The position numbers and the translations under genes were made by a program. From Phyllosticta citribraziliensis (lineage: Eukaryota), in the NCBI RefSeq assembly GCF_038025025.1, contig NW_027117344.1, forward strand, positions 434,001-498,000: a DNA stretch of 64,000 nucleotides. Reading direction: 5' to 3'. The notes beneath the pieces were generated by a model. It saw nothing but the letters and a program-made list of their open reading frames with translations, made no database searches and had not been told where the DNA came from. This document shows, one piece after another, positions 1 through 13,974 of this stretch. Every line of letters begins with the position of its first letter. Within the stretch, counting starts at the first letter, position 1.

Positions 1-1080
1 TTGACGCCTCACGAAGACTTGATGAATATTGACCATTACGGGCAACGTGCGCCGTCTTTTTTTGAAAGACCTTGGACGCTTTTACACAATCGCATCACAC
101 GAGGGATGAAATTTTGAGGCGGCTGCTTTATGCGGCCTCGCCTGATTGAATTGATGGGCTTGTACTTATTGCGACATTGGTGTTTCTCGGATCGAGCGCT
201 TTTCAGCATTTGAGCGAGTCCTCAGTTGTTTTCTTTCAAACAGCAAAGCGCATGGATTTTTTTGCTTCCCTTTTTTTGCCCCGTCCTGTTTTTGCAGCAT
301 TATCTGGCCATGCGGAGTCGGGAAAGGCCGGCCGGTCAGAGCCTCATCCAATGTATTATCTTAGGTTTTCCTTTTTCTTCTCTTCCCCTTTCCAAAAAAG
401 CATGGGCATGCGTTGGTTGCTGTTCCCTTTCCCATAACAAGTTCACACACTCTCAACATGTCCATCTTGATCCTCCCACAACCAAATTTCCGCGGGCTTA
501 TTTCTGATGTCTGGCGGATGGGTTTGGAGAGCGAGTCGGCAGGCAGGATACGGTCTGTACCGGACGGACAGACTCCCTTGCACGATATAAACATCCAGGC
601 GACCACCGATCCATCCATCGCATCCCACCATGATCGCGTCCCATCCCTCCTGCGTATCCTGCGACGTCGATTGCCGAGATCTGCTGTCAGTATGGATGGT
701 GGGTGGGCCGCCTCCTCCGCTCCATGATCAAACAAGAGCAACGGATACGGCCAGCAGCTGGGCTGGCTCATGTCGTCTCTGCAAGGGTTGGAATTGGGTT
801 TGACATGGGACGTCTCAGCCTCTCACCTCTCTCCCACGCACCCCCCGGTCAAGCTTCCTGGTCCTGGGCCCGGTTGCGTTCGGTTCGGTTGGGGCTGCGC
901 CTTGGCCCCGGCACCCCCCGGTCTCTGCGGCTGGACGTATCTTTGTTTTTCTTTTCTTTTCCTTTCTCGTGGCTGCTTGCCTGCCTGCCTTGTTCGCGCA
1001 AGCGCGCCTTTTTCTCTCCGGATCGTTCGTGCAGAGTCACGTACAGGGGCTGGTTGGAAGAAGCGCAGGCAGGCATCGCC

Positions 1081-1103
1081 TTTTTTTTTTTTTTTTTTTT
1101 TTT
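1081..1103. repeat. Poly(T) tract, 23 nt
   Basis: Read directly from the sequence. Confidence 0.95.
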
Positions 1104-4100
1104 GCAGCGGCGATGGGGAGGCTCAGTGGATAGACAGTGAAGCGATGGACTTCGGGACAGGCACGCGACAAGACAACGCACGGATTGGAACTTCTCAAGA
1201 AGCGATCCGACTGAGCAAGTGAGAGGAAGGGAATGAATCAACACAGCAAAAGCATCATGGTACACCAATGAACAATAGAGCTAGCTCTGCATACATAGAG
1301 CGAGCGAGCAAGCTAGCAAGACTCTTGCCCTCTCTCGCCCGCTTTTTGCGCTCACGCGTCAACCGAGTTCTTCTTGCCGCTCTCTTTCTTTCTTCATCTC
1401 ATCCTCTCTCTCTTCCACAATTCTGTACGTGAGTACGAGACGCCCGTTCAAAACCCAGCCGGCCCGCTCTTCCACCGCAGCGCAGCGCATTGCATCGTGC
1501 ACAAGGCGAGGCAAGGCACTACGGCGGGACGGGGTAGCCGTCTGGCCTGCCCTCGCCTCGCCTCGCCTTGCCTTGCACCGGACCGCCTTGCCTGCGTTGC
1601 TGCGCTGTGCCTTGCCGTAGTTGCCGTCTGTGCTGTACACACGCATACGTAGGTGTACTGTACTGTACTGTACGGTGTGAAGCGCTGCCGGTTCCGCTGC
1701 CGTTGCCGGTGCGGCACCCCCAAGTCAATCTATCCGGCGCACAAAGCGGGCCGGAGGAGGGCAGGGAGGGTGGAAGATGGACGGACGGAAGGGCAGACGG
1801 ACGGGTCAGCGGTACAGCGGGCGGGTGGGCATGGGGATGGAGATGGCAATTGTATCGTGACTTCATCTTTGCATCAGTACATCATGCATACATACATAGC
1901 TTCACAGTAAGTACATACATAGGAGAGAGCAGCACTCAGTGCGCCGCCATCATCCAGTCCGTTGTCGCGCCGCACAGAGCGTAAGTCCTGTATGCATGCG
2001 CGCTGCCGTCGACTACGTATGTGTATGTGGATACCGGATGCGTCTATCCTGGCGACGTACGGTACGGTGCTATTCATAGGTACCTCCTTAGCCAGCAGCA
2101 GCAACGACGGGGCGGCAGGATAGCCACAGCATCAGTGCGGGTAGTGGACTGTTGGCGTAATCGCGCAGGTATGTACGCACATAGCTGGCTAGTCTCTCTG
2201 CTCTGCTTTACGTTTCTTTTGCTCGCCAGCCGGCCGTTGGAGCAGTGCTTATTCCGGGGATTTTTCGTAGTTTCTGTTTTAGAAGAGGTACCTTATGCTT
2301 GCATGTGTTTTGTGCATGTACACACGCTACAAGTGTACAGTGTGAGCAAGACCTGCATTTCTTCGTCTTTGTCGTCCTTGTCATTCTTATACCTGCTACT
2401 TACACACTTACAATGCGCCTTGTACCCAAGTACCGATAGGTACCCACCCTTTGTCGTGTCCGGTGCGTCCTACAAGCCTCGACGTCGAACCCAAGATCGA
2501 GCAGCTTGATCCCATCTAGTCTGCCTGAATCTCGATGTGTTGTTAGGCAGACCGCCCGGCCGCGCCCGCGCGCGTGCGCCTGTCCGTTCGGTCCAGCTGA
2601 GCTGCTTGCCTGCCTGGGTGCCGCCGTCTGGCATGGATGCATGGTGTCGCATCCCGACAGCAACTCATCTCAGGCCAGCAAGCAGGCAAGCGGGCAGGCA
2701 AGGAAACGATGCAGCGGGCGGACAACAGGGAGCGCGGGCAAGGACAATGGTTGGTGTCGTCGTGGTCGGTAAAGCGGACCAGATGGAGAAGGGCGAAATG
2801 CCGATCTCTACGTACGATGGGCGGCGGCGGCGGGCGTGTGTCACACAGGAGGGAAATGTTGATCAGTACAGTGATGATGAAGATTGGGTGATGATGGTGA
2901 CCGGGGAATAAACAAGGCGGCGTGGTAAATGATCGCCTCGTCAATGGAGGCAATGGCGTGGTGCTGCTGTCGCTGTTGCTGTTGCTGCTTCCTGTACCGC
3001 GCAGGCGGGACGTCAGGGTCCGTGGTCCTCAGGGTCCTAAGGTTTGTTTGTTTGGGCCGGCCAGGTCTAGGTCTCGGTCTCGGTCTGGGTTAGGCATGAT
3101 GTAGGGATCCAGGAAGGGAACGGGTGTGGTGTGCAAGTAGGTTGAGTAGTGTGGTCCCTGTGGCGCTGGTGTTTCATGTTATTTTGTCGCAGAGAGGCCG
3201 TTATTGTTTTGGAAATTTGCCTTGGGGGTCTTGTGTCGAGTCGAACGCTTGTTTGTTCCCCGGGCCGGGTGTGTGGGTGTCTGTGTTGGTGGGTGGATGC
3301 TGTCCGTCTAGATAGCACCATGGCAAGCTTCTCCTTAGATTGGACGGGCAGGGAGGCCGCAGCGGAATAGATGGGAAGCGGTCACAATCCAGCGTCGACG
3401 GGAAGCTTGCTCTGTTGGTGTGGTGGGTGGGAAAGTGTGGCGGATGACCTCGCGGCTGCGTTTCAGCACCCACATGAAACTTTGACGTCATGGGCATGGC
3501 CGGCCGCTTGAAACTACCAAGCCGCTCCGCTGCTGCGTCCCCGCGGGTGCTGGCGTTCTCCGGTCACAACTCTTTTCTGCCGTGCCAATTGAAGCAGGAG
3601 GAAGAAAAGGGGTGCATCTCGCAAAAAGGATCCGGATGCAAAGGGAGTGCTTGTGGTGCCGGACCAACCCTCATTCGCACGTTTAACAGACGGTGAAACC
3701 CCGCGCTGAGCATCTGCCCGTGTTCCTTGCAGAGCTGAGCTGCACGAGAGAATCGCGGACCTGGACATGATCCACTGCTGCTGCGCCACAGATACCCATC
3801 AGACCCCACACTGCCGCCCTTGATGGTCCTTCGACATGGCTCTCAATCCCGCGGACCACACTCCTCCGTCCTCATCTTGCCCATCGGATCGACGAGACGA
3901 CGTGGGGGCGCTCGTGAATCCGATGGCTGCGCCGCGAGATAAATTAAACGGGCTGTGGAACGGCACATCGCAGACCACGTCGTCATGACATGACCTGCAG
4001 GACGAGAGAAAAGGGGGAGATCAAGGCAACAACGGAGGCTGCCTGTGAGTGGACTGACGGTGAGACCTCATTTAATTCAAGCGGCCAGAGTGCGACTGGC

Positions 4101-4972
4101 GTTGCACCGCCCATGTATGCTGTGCCAGATCCGGAGCCCTCATCCGAGCGTTGCTGCATTGGGCAAATGCTGGGGTGCGCGAGGTGGTTGGTCATCGGCG
4201 TCGTCGGCACCCCGACTTGTTTTTTGCCATGTCGTGATACGATGCATGGCCTTCCTTCTCAACCGTCCATGTGCAGATGCGAGTTAAAGTCCGAAGAAAA
4301 GGAATCAAAAGCCTCCGCCACCAGAATTCCTTTTTGCTATGCGTTGGCTGACAAGCGAGCTTCCAGCCACATGCTCGCACTGGCTGCCGGATGCCCACAA
4401 GGCGCACTTGGACGCGGCACCTCCTAACTCTTTTTTGGTACTTGCCAGTTTGGAATCCGTACGCAGCTCAAGGGCCATGGAAATACCCACTATCCACTGT
4501 CTTGCCCAGTGCAGAACTTCTGCATCTCGCTACATATGCAGCTTGCACTTTGCCATTACACGTTTGTTGTTGGCCTGCCGCATCCCTTCTATTGGTCAAT
4601 TCCGTCATCCCCACGTGGTCCCGGCTCGGTCCCACACATTCCTCCAACCTCACCTCACCTCGCCTTACGGCCTTAGCACCACCAAGCCCCAGTCCTTCCT
4701 TTGCACCATCAACTTCTCTTCTTATGATACACGATTCTCGTTCATTGACAGCCTGCCCGGGCATTTTTCTGCTGGTCAAACACTCGTCACGCAGTGCTGC
4801 ATAGCGCGAAACTGTCTCTAGTTTTGTGCCGTCCTTTTCTACTCCTCCTCCTCGACCAGATGACGTGTTGAAATAAAGCGCATCCGAACTTCTTCCACCA
4901 CTTCTTCCCTACATTGAGAAAAGAGCGCCACAGCATCACTCTTGAACCAAGACCTTGCCAATCCGCAGAACC

Positions 4973-7900
4973 ATGTCAGTCGCGCCCTCAGCCACAGACC
5001 CTGCTCTCAAGGGTCCGCCAAGCACCATCTACCGCGTCGAAGACTACCAGGCGCGTGCTTCGTACCAAACCAGCACAAATCGGGCAAACAAGTCGGCAAG
5101 CTCACAAGCAACGTCTTACACTTTCATTCCCGTTGCCATCATAGGCGCTGGTCTGTCCGGCATCGCGGCCGCTTGTCAGTTGAAAGAGCAGGTTGGCGGC
5201 TTCGACCAGTTCCGGGTCTTTGAACGACAGGCTGGCGTAGGAGGAACGTAAGTGATTCACTTTCATGTCTTTCTTTTTCCTTCCTAGCCTCGTGCCCCTT
5301 TTCACGTCAACGCCCTGCTTCGTCTGTCTTGTTGTCTCGCCTATTTTGCGCCATTGCTGCTGAACTTCCGATCTCGGTCTCATGGCGCAAATTCGGACCC
5401 TTTACTTTTTTGCCTTTGATCCCAGGCCTCACATCGGTGTTTGGTTTTATTTTTTCTGCCGTGCGGGGGAGGGGTAACCGCTCGGACTGAGTTACCGCGG
5501 CGCGGCTCTGGTCCCTCTTGGACGTCAACATTGACGCCTCTCACGTTACCTTCCGCGCGACCAAGATGCGCTACTTTCCGGCCAAACCCCTGGGCATTGA
5601 GCTGCATACGTCTCCGGTCAGCTGTTCGCTTCAAGAGGCTTGTCGAGTATTTGGCTTCCCGCCTTTTCAGCTCTCCAAGGACCCACCATCTCCTCGTGCA
5701 GCAACATGATTGGCCATCCATCTGTCTCCGGCGGAAAGAGCGGCGGTTGTTTTGTTCCCAGCCAGGACCTAGATTCTCTCCAACCACGGTACCAGACGAA
5801 CGAACGCGCTGTTTCTTTTGCGCGAGTTGTTGCGTCATGAACCTTGCCGCTTGCGCTTTCTTTGGCAACTTACACAGAACTGGGCATCAAAGTCACGTCC
5901 AACCTGCCCGCCCGCTTTGCGTGAGTGGCAGCAGATAAACTGCTGGTACGTGCACACAGGGACACGGGAAGATGCGCCGCAGGCGTTGCCTACGTGTGTG
6001 GGTGTGGTTGGAGGGGTTTTGCTAAGCAAAAAAAACCAAGTCGAGCGAAAAAGGTTGAGGTGAAAATGGGACGATGTTTACTCGGTACCAGCAATGGTAG
6101 GTTTGAACTTACGGCCGAAGACGGGCAGGGGAGGCTCGAAGGTACAGGGAAGCAAAGAGACTGAGCGAATACGCAGAGACTCGTGGCCTCAGGAATTGAC
6201 CTCTTCATCCCTCAGCAGCCCGGGCGAGACAACTGACGCAGAAGCAAAGTGGTCCCAAGCTGAGGCCGGGTCCAACAGACGAGGACTGGACACCTGCAGG
6301 TGTTCACTGCATTTCGAAAACAAACAAACCTTCCCGATACCAATCACTGAAACTTGTTATTCTTTTTATCCGTCGACTTCTTTTTGTTCTTCTGCAATTT
6401 CACAAATCAACACTCCGATGCCGAAGAGGCCTATGCTCACTATTCTTAAACCTGCAGATGGTGGATCAACCGCTACCCTGGCGTAGCCTGCGACATCCCG
6501 GCCCTCTTCTACTCATTCTCATTCGCGCAAAACCCCTACTGGTCAAGCGGTTGCCCCCCTGGCTCGGAAATCTTCGATTACCTAAACCGCGTGTGCAGCC
6601 GGTACCGCATCGTGGACAAGATTCAGCTCAACACGGACGTCGTGGGCTGCGTGTGGCTTGAAGATGAGCGGGTTTGGGAGCTGGAGCTGCGGCATCTGGT
6701 GCAAGGAATGGGAGACCTGAGCGTCAAGGAGCGAGGCAAGGTCATTGAAGAGGAGGGAGAGACTGCCGTGTTTTGTGGCCGAGAGGTGGTTCGGGCCAAG
6801 GTGGTGCTGAGTTGCGTCGGCGGGCTTGTCGAACCGAGGGGATGGCCAGACCATATCCCTGGCGAGAAGAAGTTTCAGGGTTCGATTTTCCATTCCGCTA
6901 GGTGGAACTATGACGTCGACTTGAAGGACAAGAACGTGGTCGTTGTGGGAACGGGTTGCAGTGCAGCTCAGTTCGTGCCCCTTTTGACAAAGAGCTTGGG
7001 GGCAAAGCGAGTGACGCAGATTATGCGTTCGCCTCCATGGGTGATCAAACGAGGGTCTTCTGCAGGGAACGAGACTTGGAACAAATGGGAACCGTGGCTC
7101 TTTGCTCACGTGCCAGGCTTTCAGAGGGCCCTCCGCACTTTGATGGCAGCAGCTCTGGAGTACAGCCTGCGTCTATTCCAGAACGGCGAGTGGAACCAAA
7201 AAGAGCGAGAAAAGGTCCAGGCGCGCCTGCTGGAGCACATGAAGAGGACGGTCCCAGAAAAATACCACGACATTCTCACTCCCGACTATGGTATTGGCTG
7301 CAAGCGTCGCATTTACGATGTGCACTGGTTTCCCGGCTTGCAAGACGAGCGCATGGAGTTGACGACGCAGCCGCTCACGAGCGTCGAAGAGAGGAGCGTC
7401 ACGTTAGGCCCAGGACGCATGTATCCCCCGATGAGCAACACCGAATCCAAGGCGCCGACAGAAAAACGAACTGTCCCCGCCGACGTCATCATCCTCGCCA
7501 ACGGCTTCGAAGCCACGCGCTGGCTGCACCCCCTTAAAGTGACTGGGCGCAACGGAACTGGCCTCGTCCAAGAAATGGACGCGCGCGGCGGTCCACAGGC
7601 CTATCTTGGCACGGCCATGGACGGCTTCCCCAACTTCTTCCTCATCTTCGGACCCAACACGGCGTCGGGCCACACGTCGGCCATCCTGGCCACCGAGAAC
7701 ATGGTGAGCCACGCGCTGCGGTTCGTCAAGCCCATCCTACGCGGCGACGTCGAGACGGTCGAGGTCAAGAAGTCGGCCGAGGTCGAGTACACGCGCGACA
7801 TCCAGGAGAGGCTGAAGAATACGGTCTGGATGAGTGGCGGCTGCTCGTCGTACTACTTTGACCATGAGACGAGGTGGAATTCGACCATGTACCCGTATAC

Positions 7901-8156
7901 GCAGATTTGGTTTACGCTGCGCTGCATGTTTCCGACGTACTCGGATTGGGACGTTAGGTACACGCGCAAGGGCCTGTTTAAGCTGTTCTTGTGGAAGGGC
8001 GTGAGAGCTTTGCTTTTGGCGGTTCTCCTGCTTGGTCTCTGGAGGGCCAGAAAGGGTGATGGGTGGCTTGCTGGTCTCTGGGCTCAGACGGGGATGTTCC
8101 TACAGCAGGTTGTGGGTATAGGGAGGCTGGTCGCCGGCCCTTGGAGAAGGCCGTAA
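4973..8156 (+). CDS. FAD/NADPH-dependent flavin monooxygenase (Baeyer-Villiger/FMO-like), 2 exons, ~657 aa
   Basis: Exon 1 4973-5247 carries the Rossmann motif IIGAGLSG and ERQAGVGGT. Intron 5248-6457 (GTAAGT...GCTCAC...CTGCAG). Exon 2 6458-8156 continues in frame as WWINRYPGVACDIP, giving the BVMO motif GGTWxxNRYPG across the junction, then FQGSIFHSARW (FxGxxxHxxxW), a second GTGCSA Rossmann motif, ANGF, and a hydrophobic C-terminal helix. Confidence 0.93.
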
Positions 8157-8676
8157 ACCCGATTGCTGAAAAAAGGACGCGCAAAGGACGGAATGACTGC
8201 CGGGATTTCAAGATACCTGGGAGCTGAAGCATTGAGCGTGCATGATTGTGGATTCATTCTTGTGTTCAATAAGCTCACGACATTAATACAAACACATTGT
8301 TCTCTCCCTAGCTTAACAGCTGAAGCTTGGGGAAATAAAGAAAAATCGCTTTTGGATGTGCACGGTTTGACTGATCGAGAATTGAATGCTTCGTACTTCG
8401 CACATTAGAGCCTCCAAGCCTGCAATTTGTATAGAAGCCCGATTAAGTGCTCTTGTCGTGTGGATTAAAATGGAAAAGAAAGTGTGCAAGACGCGAGGTT
8501 CCAGAGAGGTGGGGCTCCCGTCGGTTGGCGCTAGCGTTCTCCGCACCCAACGCAGATCCCCAGTCGGCTGCCACTCGTGTCCTCAACACCAGTCTATTCA
8601 TTCGCGCGCCGCCTGGTGCTCCCGCCGCGACTACTGCGCCTGCCGGCCCTGCTGCGCATCGAGCCCCAGCGATACC

Positions 8677-11287
8677 ATGTCTTCCAAGGACCTCTCGAAC
8701 AGTCCCAATGACGACGGGGCTACCCCCGACGGAGGTGCCGGCAACAAGCGCAAGAACCCTGACGGCTCAGACTTCGCGCCTCCCCAGCGAGCAAAGCGCA
8801 ACCGCTACATATCAATCGCATGCAATGAGTGCAAAAGGTCGGGCCCTCGGGAGTAATGTGGCAGCCGAGGCGAGCTGGGACTGATATGAGGACGTAGGCG
8901 GAAAATCAAATGCAACGGACAAAATCCATGCCAGCGATGCGGCCACCTGCAGTTGGAGTGTCTCTACGCGCCCAATTGCTGCAACAACTTCAAAGACTCC
9001 GAGTGCGACTACTAGCCAGCGTCCTCGAACGCGACTGCGGCTGACCCCGGTGATAGGGACTTTAAGCGCATGGACGCCCATATAGCCTCGTTGCAAGCCC
9101 AAGTCGATCAGCTCTACGAAAACCTCAACAACCTGCGGAACCATGTCGACGCGAGTATGCTCTCTCCCGGAAGCGGGCCCTTTCCAGCTGGACAGTACAA
9201 CGGCTCGATGCCGCCGCAACACGACCCCGCCATGTCTGGCAGCCGGCCCCGACGGCCGCAGAAGCATCCGCAGTTCCACGGCCCGACGAGCGTGACGTTC
9301 AATCTCGGGGTTGCCAAATCGAGCTTGCAATCGATGGGCATCACGGCTGGGGAGGAGCATCCCGAGGACGGGATGGGCACGGGAGATCCGACTCCCATGG
9401 GCAGCCCTCCGCTTGCTTCGCTGGCACCGACACCGAGTCCGCATGTCGGGACGCCGGTACTTCACAAGACCAAGGACCCCATGTGGGCTATCAATAAGGA
9501 AGAGGCGATAAGACTGTGCCATGTGTGGAATGAGGAAATGGGAACAATGTACCCCGTCCTGGAAGTCGAGGACCTTACGAAGCATGCGACGCTTTTGTAT
9601 ACGTTCATGGAAGCGGCTCATAGGACAAGACTGGTTGAAGTCGGCTTTCCTGGGGCAGACTCCATCAGCGATGACCAGACCATGCTCCTCAAGCTCGTAT
9701 TGTCCACGGCGCTCATTTTGGAGGGTAGCGGGACCAGCGAACTCGGGGCCGCCATGTACGAGAGCATCCGGAATCGGGTGGAGGGAACTCTATCGGCGTC
9801 GGCTACGGTCAAAGCGGTGCAGATGCTGGCAATAGCAGTAAGTTGAACTTGGGTGTTGTGTTGAACAGCGAGTAACTCGAGCAGGGGATGTACCACTTCC
9901 ACCGAGATGCGGAAGCCCTGGCTGGCCGATTTTCGACCGTTGCGGCTCGACTGTGCTTGGAGCTTGGGCTGCATCGCAGCGAGACATACGGTACCTTGTT
10001 TACGGAAGAAAAGGAGCGCAACGCCGTCCTCAGACTGTTCTGGTCTGTCTACGTCTTGGATCGGAGGTGGGCATTTGGGACGGGGTTGCCTTTCGCGCTC
10101 AACGACACCGACATTGATCCTCACTTGCCCAAGCCGGTTAGTTGATTTTATTTGCTGGACGAGGCCGTGTAGTTGACGTTGACATGATCAAGGATGATTC
10201 CACACCGTACCTGGACTGCATGATTGCGTATAGCCACATTGGGTCCAGAGTATGGAAGTCGGTGGCCAACAATGAGAGCAGTGCCATCAGCAAGGAAGAA
10301 ATAGGCTTCTTGGACTATCAGGTCCTGCAGTGGCACCGCGCCATCCCGCCGTCGCTCAAGTATGTGCATCCTTCGTCGGGACACACGCAGGACCAGGAAC
10401 AGGTCCCGCGCAGCCAACATCGATTTCGCATCCTGCTTTACCTACGGGCAAATCAAATGCGCATGCTGATCCATCGGCCCGTGCTGCACACGTCGGCGTC
10501 GATCACGGAGGACATGTCGGCAGCGCAGACGGTGGTGGACGTTGCCAAAGACACGATTGTGGTCCTGACGCACACGAACCAGACGACAGACCTGTACCGC
10601 AAGCACCAAGTAATGTTCAACTACTTTCTCATCTCGGCGCTGGCGATTTTGTTCCTGGCCGTGTGCCACGCGCCGGCGCAATTCAGCGAATGCTGCCGCG
10701 ACGAGTTTTACATGGCTGTCGACCTCGTGCGCGGCCTCTCGGCCAACTCGTACGTCAGCAAGCGGCTGTGGCGCACGGTCAAGATCCTCAAGGAGGTAGG
10801 ACCCAAGCTAGGCCTCAATGTGCGTCCCGCGGCGCAGCAGCAGCAGCAGCCAGCAGCCGGGCGGCCTGCGACTGTTGACACTTCGGACGCGCACTCGTCG
10901 GCGGCCGTGGCCATGGCCGGACTTGCAGGGCACCCGGTTGACGAAAGCTTCTTCCTGGGAAACCAGAATCGCAACAGCAGCGCGACGACGAACGGGCAGC
11001 GGCAGAGTCATGGCCAAGGAGCAACAGCGTCGGTATCTAGGGGCGGCCGAGGCCCCAATGGAGCAAGCACGACGACGGGCGAGAGCCCGAACGTCATGGC
11101 CAACGACCTGACGAGCCTGTTTGAAGCGGCGGGAGGGTTCGCGGCGAGCACGGGGTTTGCGCCGCAGAACGGATACCTGATTAGCGCGAGTGGAGGCGAA
11201 GGCGGGCCGCAGGCGATTGCGGGGATTGCGGGGGGAGCTTTTGGGCAGGATGAGGAGCTGGCGAGGATCCTGAGGGATCTATTTTGA
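8677..11287 (+). CDS. Zn(II)2Cys6 fungal transcription factor with middle-homology (Fungal_trans) domain, 5 exons, ~797 aa
   Basis: Exons 8677-8837, 8898-9002, 9057-9837, 9885-10136, 10193-11287 (all GT-AG, total length a multiple of 3). Spliced cluster ACNECKRRKIKCNGQNPCQRCGHLQLEC; Fungal_trans motifs LGLHR and RLFWSVYVLDRRWAFGTGLP. Confidence 0.92.
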
Positions 11288-12097
11288 GGGCAAGTGGGAG
11301 TTGTGGTGGTGGAAGAATGCTGTCATGTAAGGAAGGGAGAGCGGAAGGCTGGATGGATCGCGTGACGAAATGACATGTCGGGTGCTGACGATGACGTTGG
11401 TTCATGCTGTTTCTCCAGACAGACTTGGATGGTATGAGCTGCATGCGAGAGAATCGGGCCAACATCCGTCGTAGCAGGTCGATGACCGCAGTAGTGGAGA
11501 GTTGGAGTTGTGGGTGCCTCGAGACGGAGCGGAGCATCCCATGTCCCGCCTCCCGCGCACGCTACCCGACGGCTATTTACCTTGCGGTACCTACAGTACC
11601 AGTGACATGTGAAAGTATGAGAGCAGCACCGGCAGCGACAACGGCCCTCGTCCGCCCGGCTGCACCTCTCGTCCCCCACCACTCTGGAGAGCTTCATTTT
11701 GTTTCAGCCATCCCATCCCAGCTCTCTCACCCGACTCATGCCGGGGCCAAGCGTGCCCTTCTGCCGAATCTTGGCCATCATGCGCTAGAAGCCATGTCTT
11801 CACAAACCTCATCCACCTCCAACAAACACCTAACCGCCTCCCTCCGCGCCCTCAAATCCGTTGGGCGTGTCTCTCTCGAGGTCGCCTTCTTCTGGCAATT
11901 GGTGCGTGGCACTGAGTCATCGTTTTCCGCCTCGAGTCGCCGCCGTCTTTGTTTTTGATTTTGGTCTTGGTCCTTCGTCTGCTCTGCGTCCCTTGCTGCT
12001 ACCTACTGTTGTACTGCTACTGCTTATACCGCCGACGGTGCCCCTCCTCGTCCCCCTTTCACGCCCTCCCTCGACGAGCTGCCCGTTTGGCCACCGC

Positions 12098-13974
12098 ATG
12101 GCTAATGTCGTGAAGCGCCTCTACTCCTGGTGGGTGCAAAAGTCCCCTCGCGACGCTCTGCTCGAAACCCTGGCCGATGCCCGTCTGTTTGAGGAATGGG
12201 AAGCCTCGGCATACCAGCTCGACGAAGTGCTGGGATACGATCTATGGTAAGGAAACCTCTCGTCCCTTCGTCCCTTCGTCCCGCGTTGGCCCGAAACAAT
12301 CATCCCCGTAACCCTGCCCCCCATGATGTCATTGCCGAACTGGGAATCATGTCAACCGACAAGAAAGCTCACGTCCATGACCGCGCTCTGTCGTGGTCAA
12401 TCGCAGGCGCCAGAACCCCACCAGCAGATACTACGACTACCGTCTCATCTACGAGCGTCTACAGGCCATCATCGAGGCCCGCGAGGAGGATGACATTCTC
12501 GGCCTGGTGAACCTCCTGCGCTCGGGTCTCGTGAGAAATTTGGGCAATATCACCGCGGCGCGCCTGTTCAACCGCGCCTATGCAGGGACCAAGCTGCTCA
12601 TCGAGGACTACATTACCCAGGTTGCTCTAGCCATCGAGTATGTCACGACGTACCCCACGTCACCCGGCCGCGACTCGGGCCTGACGAACCAGGCCAAGCT
12701 GGACGTCTTGCACGACACCAGGCAAGCGTTTGGCCGGTCCGCCCTGGTGCTTCAGGGTGGTGCAATCTTCGGCCTGTGTCATTTGGGTGTGGTCAAAGCG
12801 CTGCATCTCCGCGGACTGTTGCCGCGCATCATCGCGGGGACGGCAACAGGGGCCCTCATTGCCGCCTTGGTAGGGGTGCACACCGAAGACGAGCTTTTGG
12901 ACTTCTTGACCGGCGAAGGTCTTGATCTTTCTGCATTTGCCGAGTCGCACAAGGACGAGGAGAAACAAGAGCTCCTGGATCCGTTTCTGCAAGAGGGGAC
13001 GTGGTGGGGCGCAACGCTGCTCAGACGAGCCTCGCGCCTTGTCCGTGAGGGCTACCTGTTAGACCTGCGGACGCTCGAGAGGTGTGTCCACGCAAATGTG
13101 GGCGATTTGACATTTGAAGAAGCCTACGCAAAGACGAAGCGCGTCCTCAACATTACAGTATCAACGTCCAGTGGCGGCATACCCAACGTCCTTAATTATC
13201 TTACAGCTCCGAACGTCGTAAGTCCTCTTAATCCAATCACTATATCCCCAGTCTAACCAAGCTCAGCTCATCTGGTCGGCGGCCATTGCATCCAACGCAT
13301 CCAACTCTTCTCCCGAGCACCCCGTACACCTCCTCTGCAAAGATGAATCCGGCAGCATAGTCCCCTGGGCCTCGACACAAGAGGTCGTCACCTTCCGGCC
13401 ATGGACACACACCTCATACACGGACCGCGAAGGCCCACTAAACCGCGTGTCGGAACTCTTCAACGTGAACCACTTCATCGTGAGCCAAGCACGGCCGTAT
13501 CTCGCGCCCTTTCTGCGCTCCGACCTGCACCACCCGAACCCGCGGCACGACGGCAAGTGGCGGTTCAGCATGCCCATCCTGCGGCTGGTCGTCATGGAGA
13601 TCCAGCACCGGCTCAACCAGCTTGACTCGGTGGGGCTGCTGCCGGCGGGCATCCGGCGCTTCCTGCTCGACGAGAACATCTCGGGCGCGAGCCTGACGCT
13701 CGTCCCCGAACTGACGGCGCGCGACTTTGTGCGCCTGCTCGAGAACCCGACGGTCGACTCGGTCGAGTACTGGATCCTCAAGGGCGAGCGGAGCGTGTGG
13801 CCCGCTGTCGGCTCGCTCAAGGTCAGGTGTGCGATTGAGGTCGAGCTGGATCGTGGGTACCAGGTCGTCCGCCGCAGGAAGCCCTTTGATGTTGTGCAGG
13901 GTAATGGTGGGAAGAAGGGACCTGAGGCTAGCTCTAGACGTGTGCGAGCTAGCAGCTTTGGCGGCGACGGGTAG
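12098..13974 (+). CDS. Patatin-like TGL3-family triacylglycerol lipase/phospholipase homolog, 3 exons, ~555 aa
   Basis: Exons 12098-12246, 12407-13217, 13267-13974. N-terminal DUF3336-like region (LLRSGLVRNLGNI), Gly-rich loop LQGGAIFGLCHLGVVKAL, and family motifs LTFEEAYAKTKRVLNITV, LNYLTAPNVLIWSA and ELFNVNHFIVSQARP. The nucleophile elbow reads GTATG rather than GxSxG. Confidence 0.9.

Noticed and set aside
1..4900. Many 60-160-aa ORFs at the start of the window
   Set aside because: No domain motifs, no consistent codon bias or exon chain, and the region is rich in simple repeats; treated as intergenic or UTR.
6185..6267. GGCCTCAG/CTGAGGCC inverted repeat, and a possible TPP riboswitch, in the long intron
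   Set aside because: An 8-bp inverted repeat is expected by chance, and no TPP aptamer core is visible.
4973..13974. Monooxygenase + Zn2Cys6 TF + lipase as a secondary-metabolite cluster
   Set aside because: No backbone synthase or transporter is present, the neighbours are housekeeping genes, and the reductase is 25 kb away.
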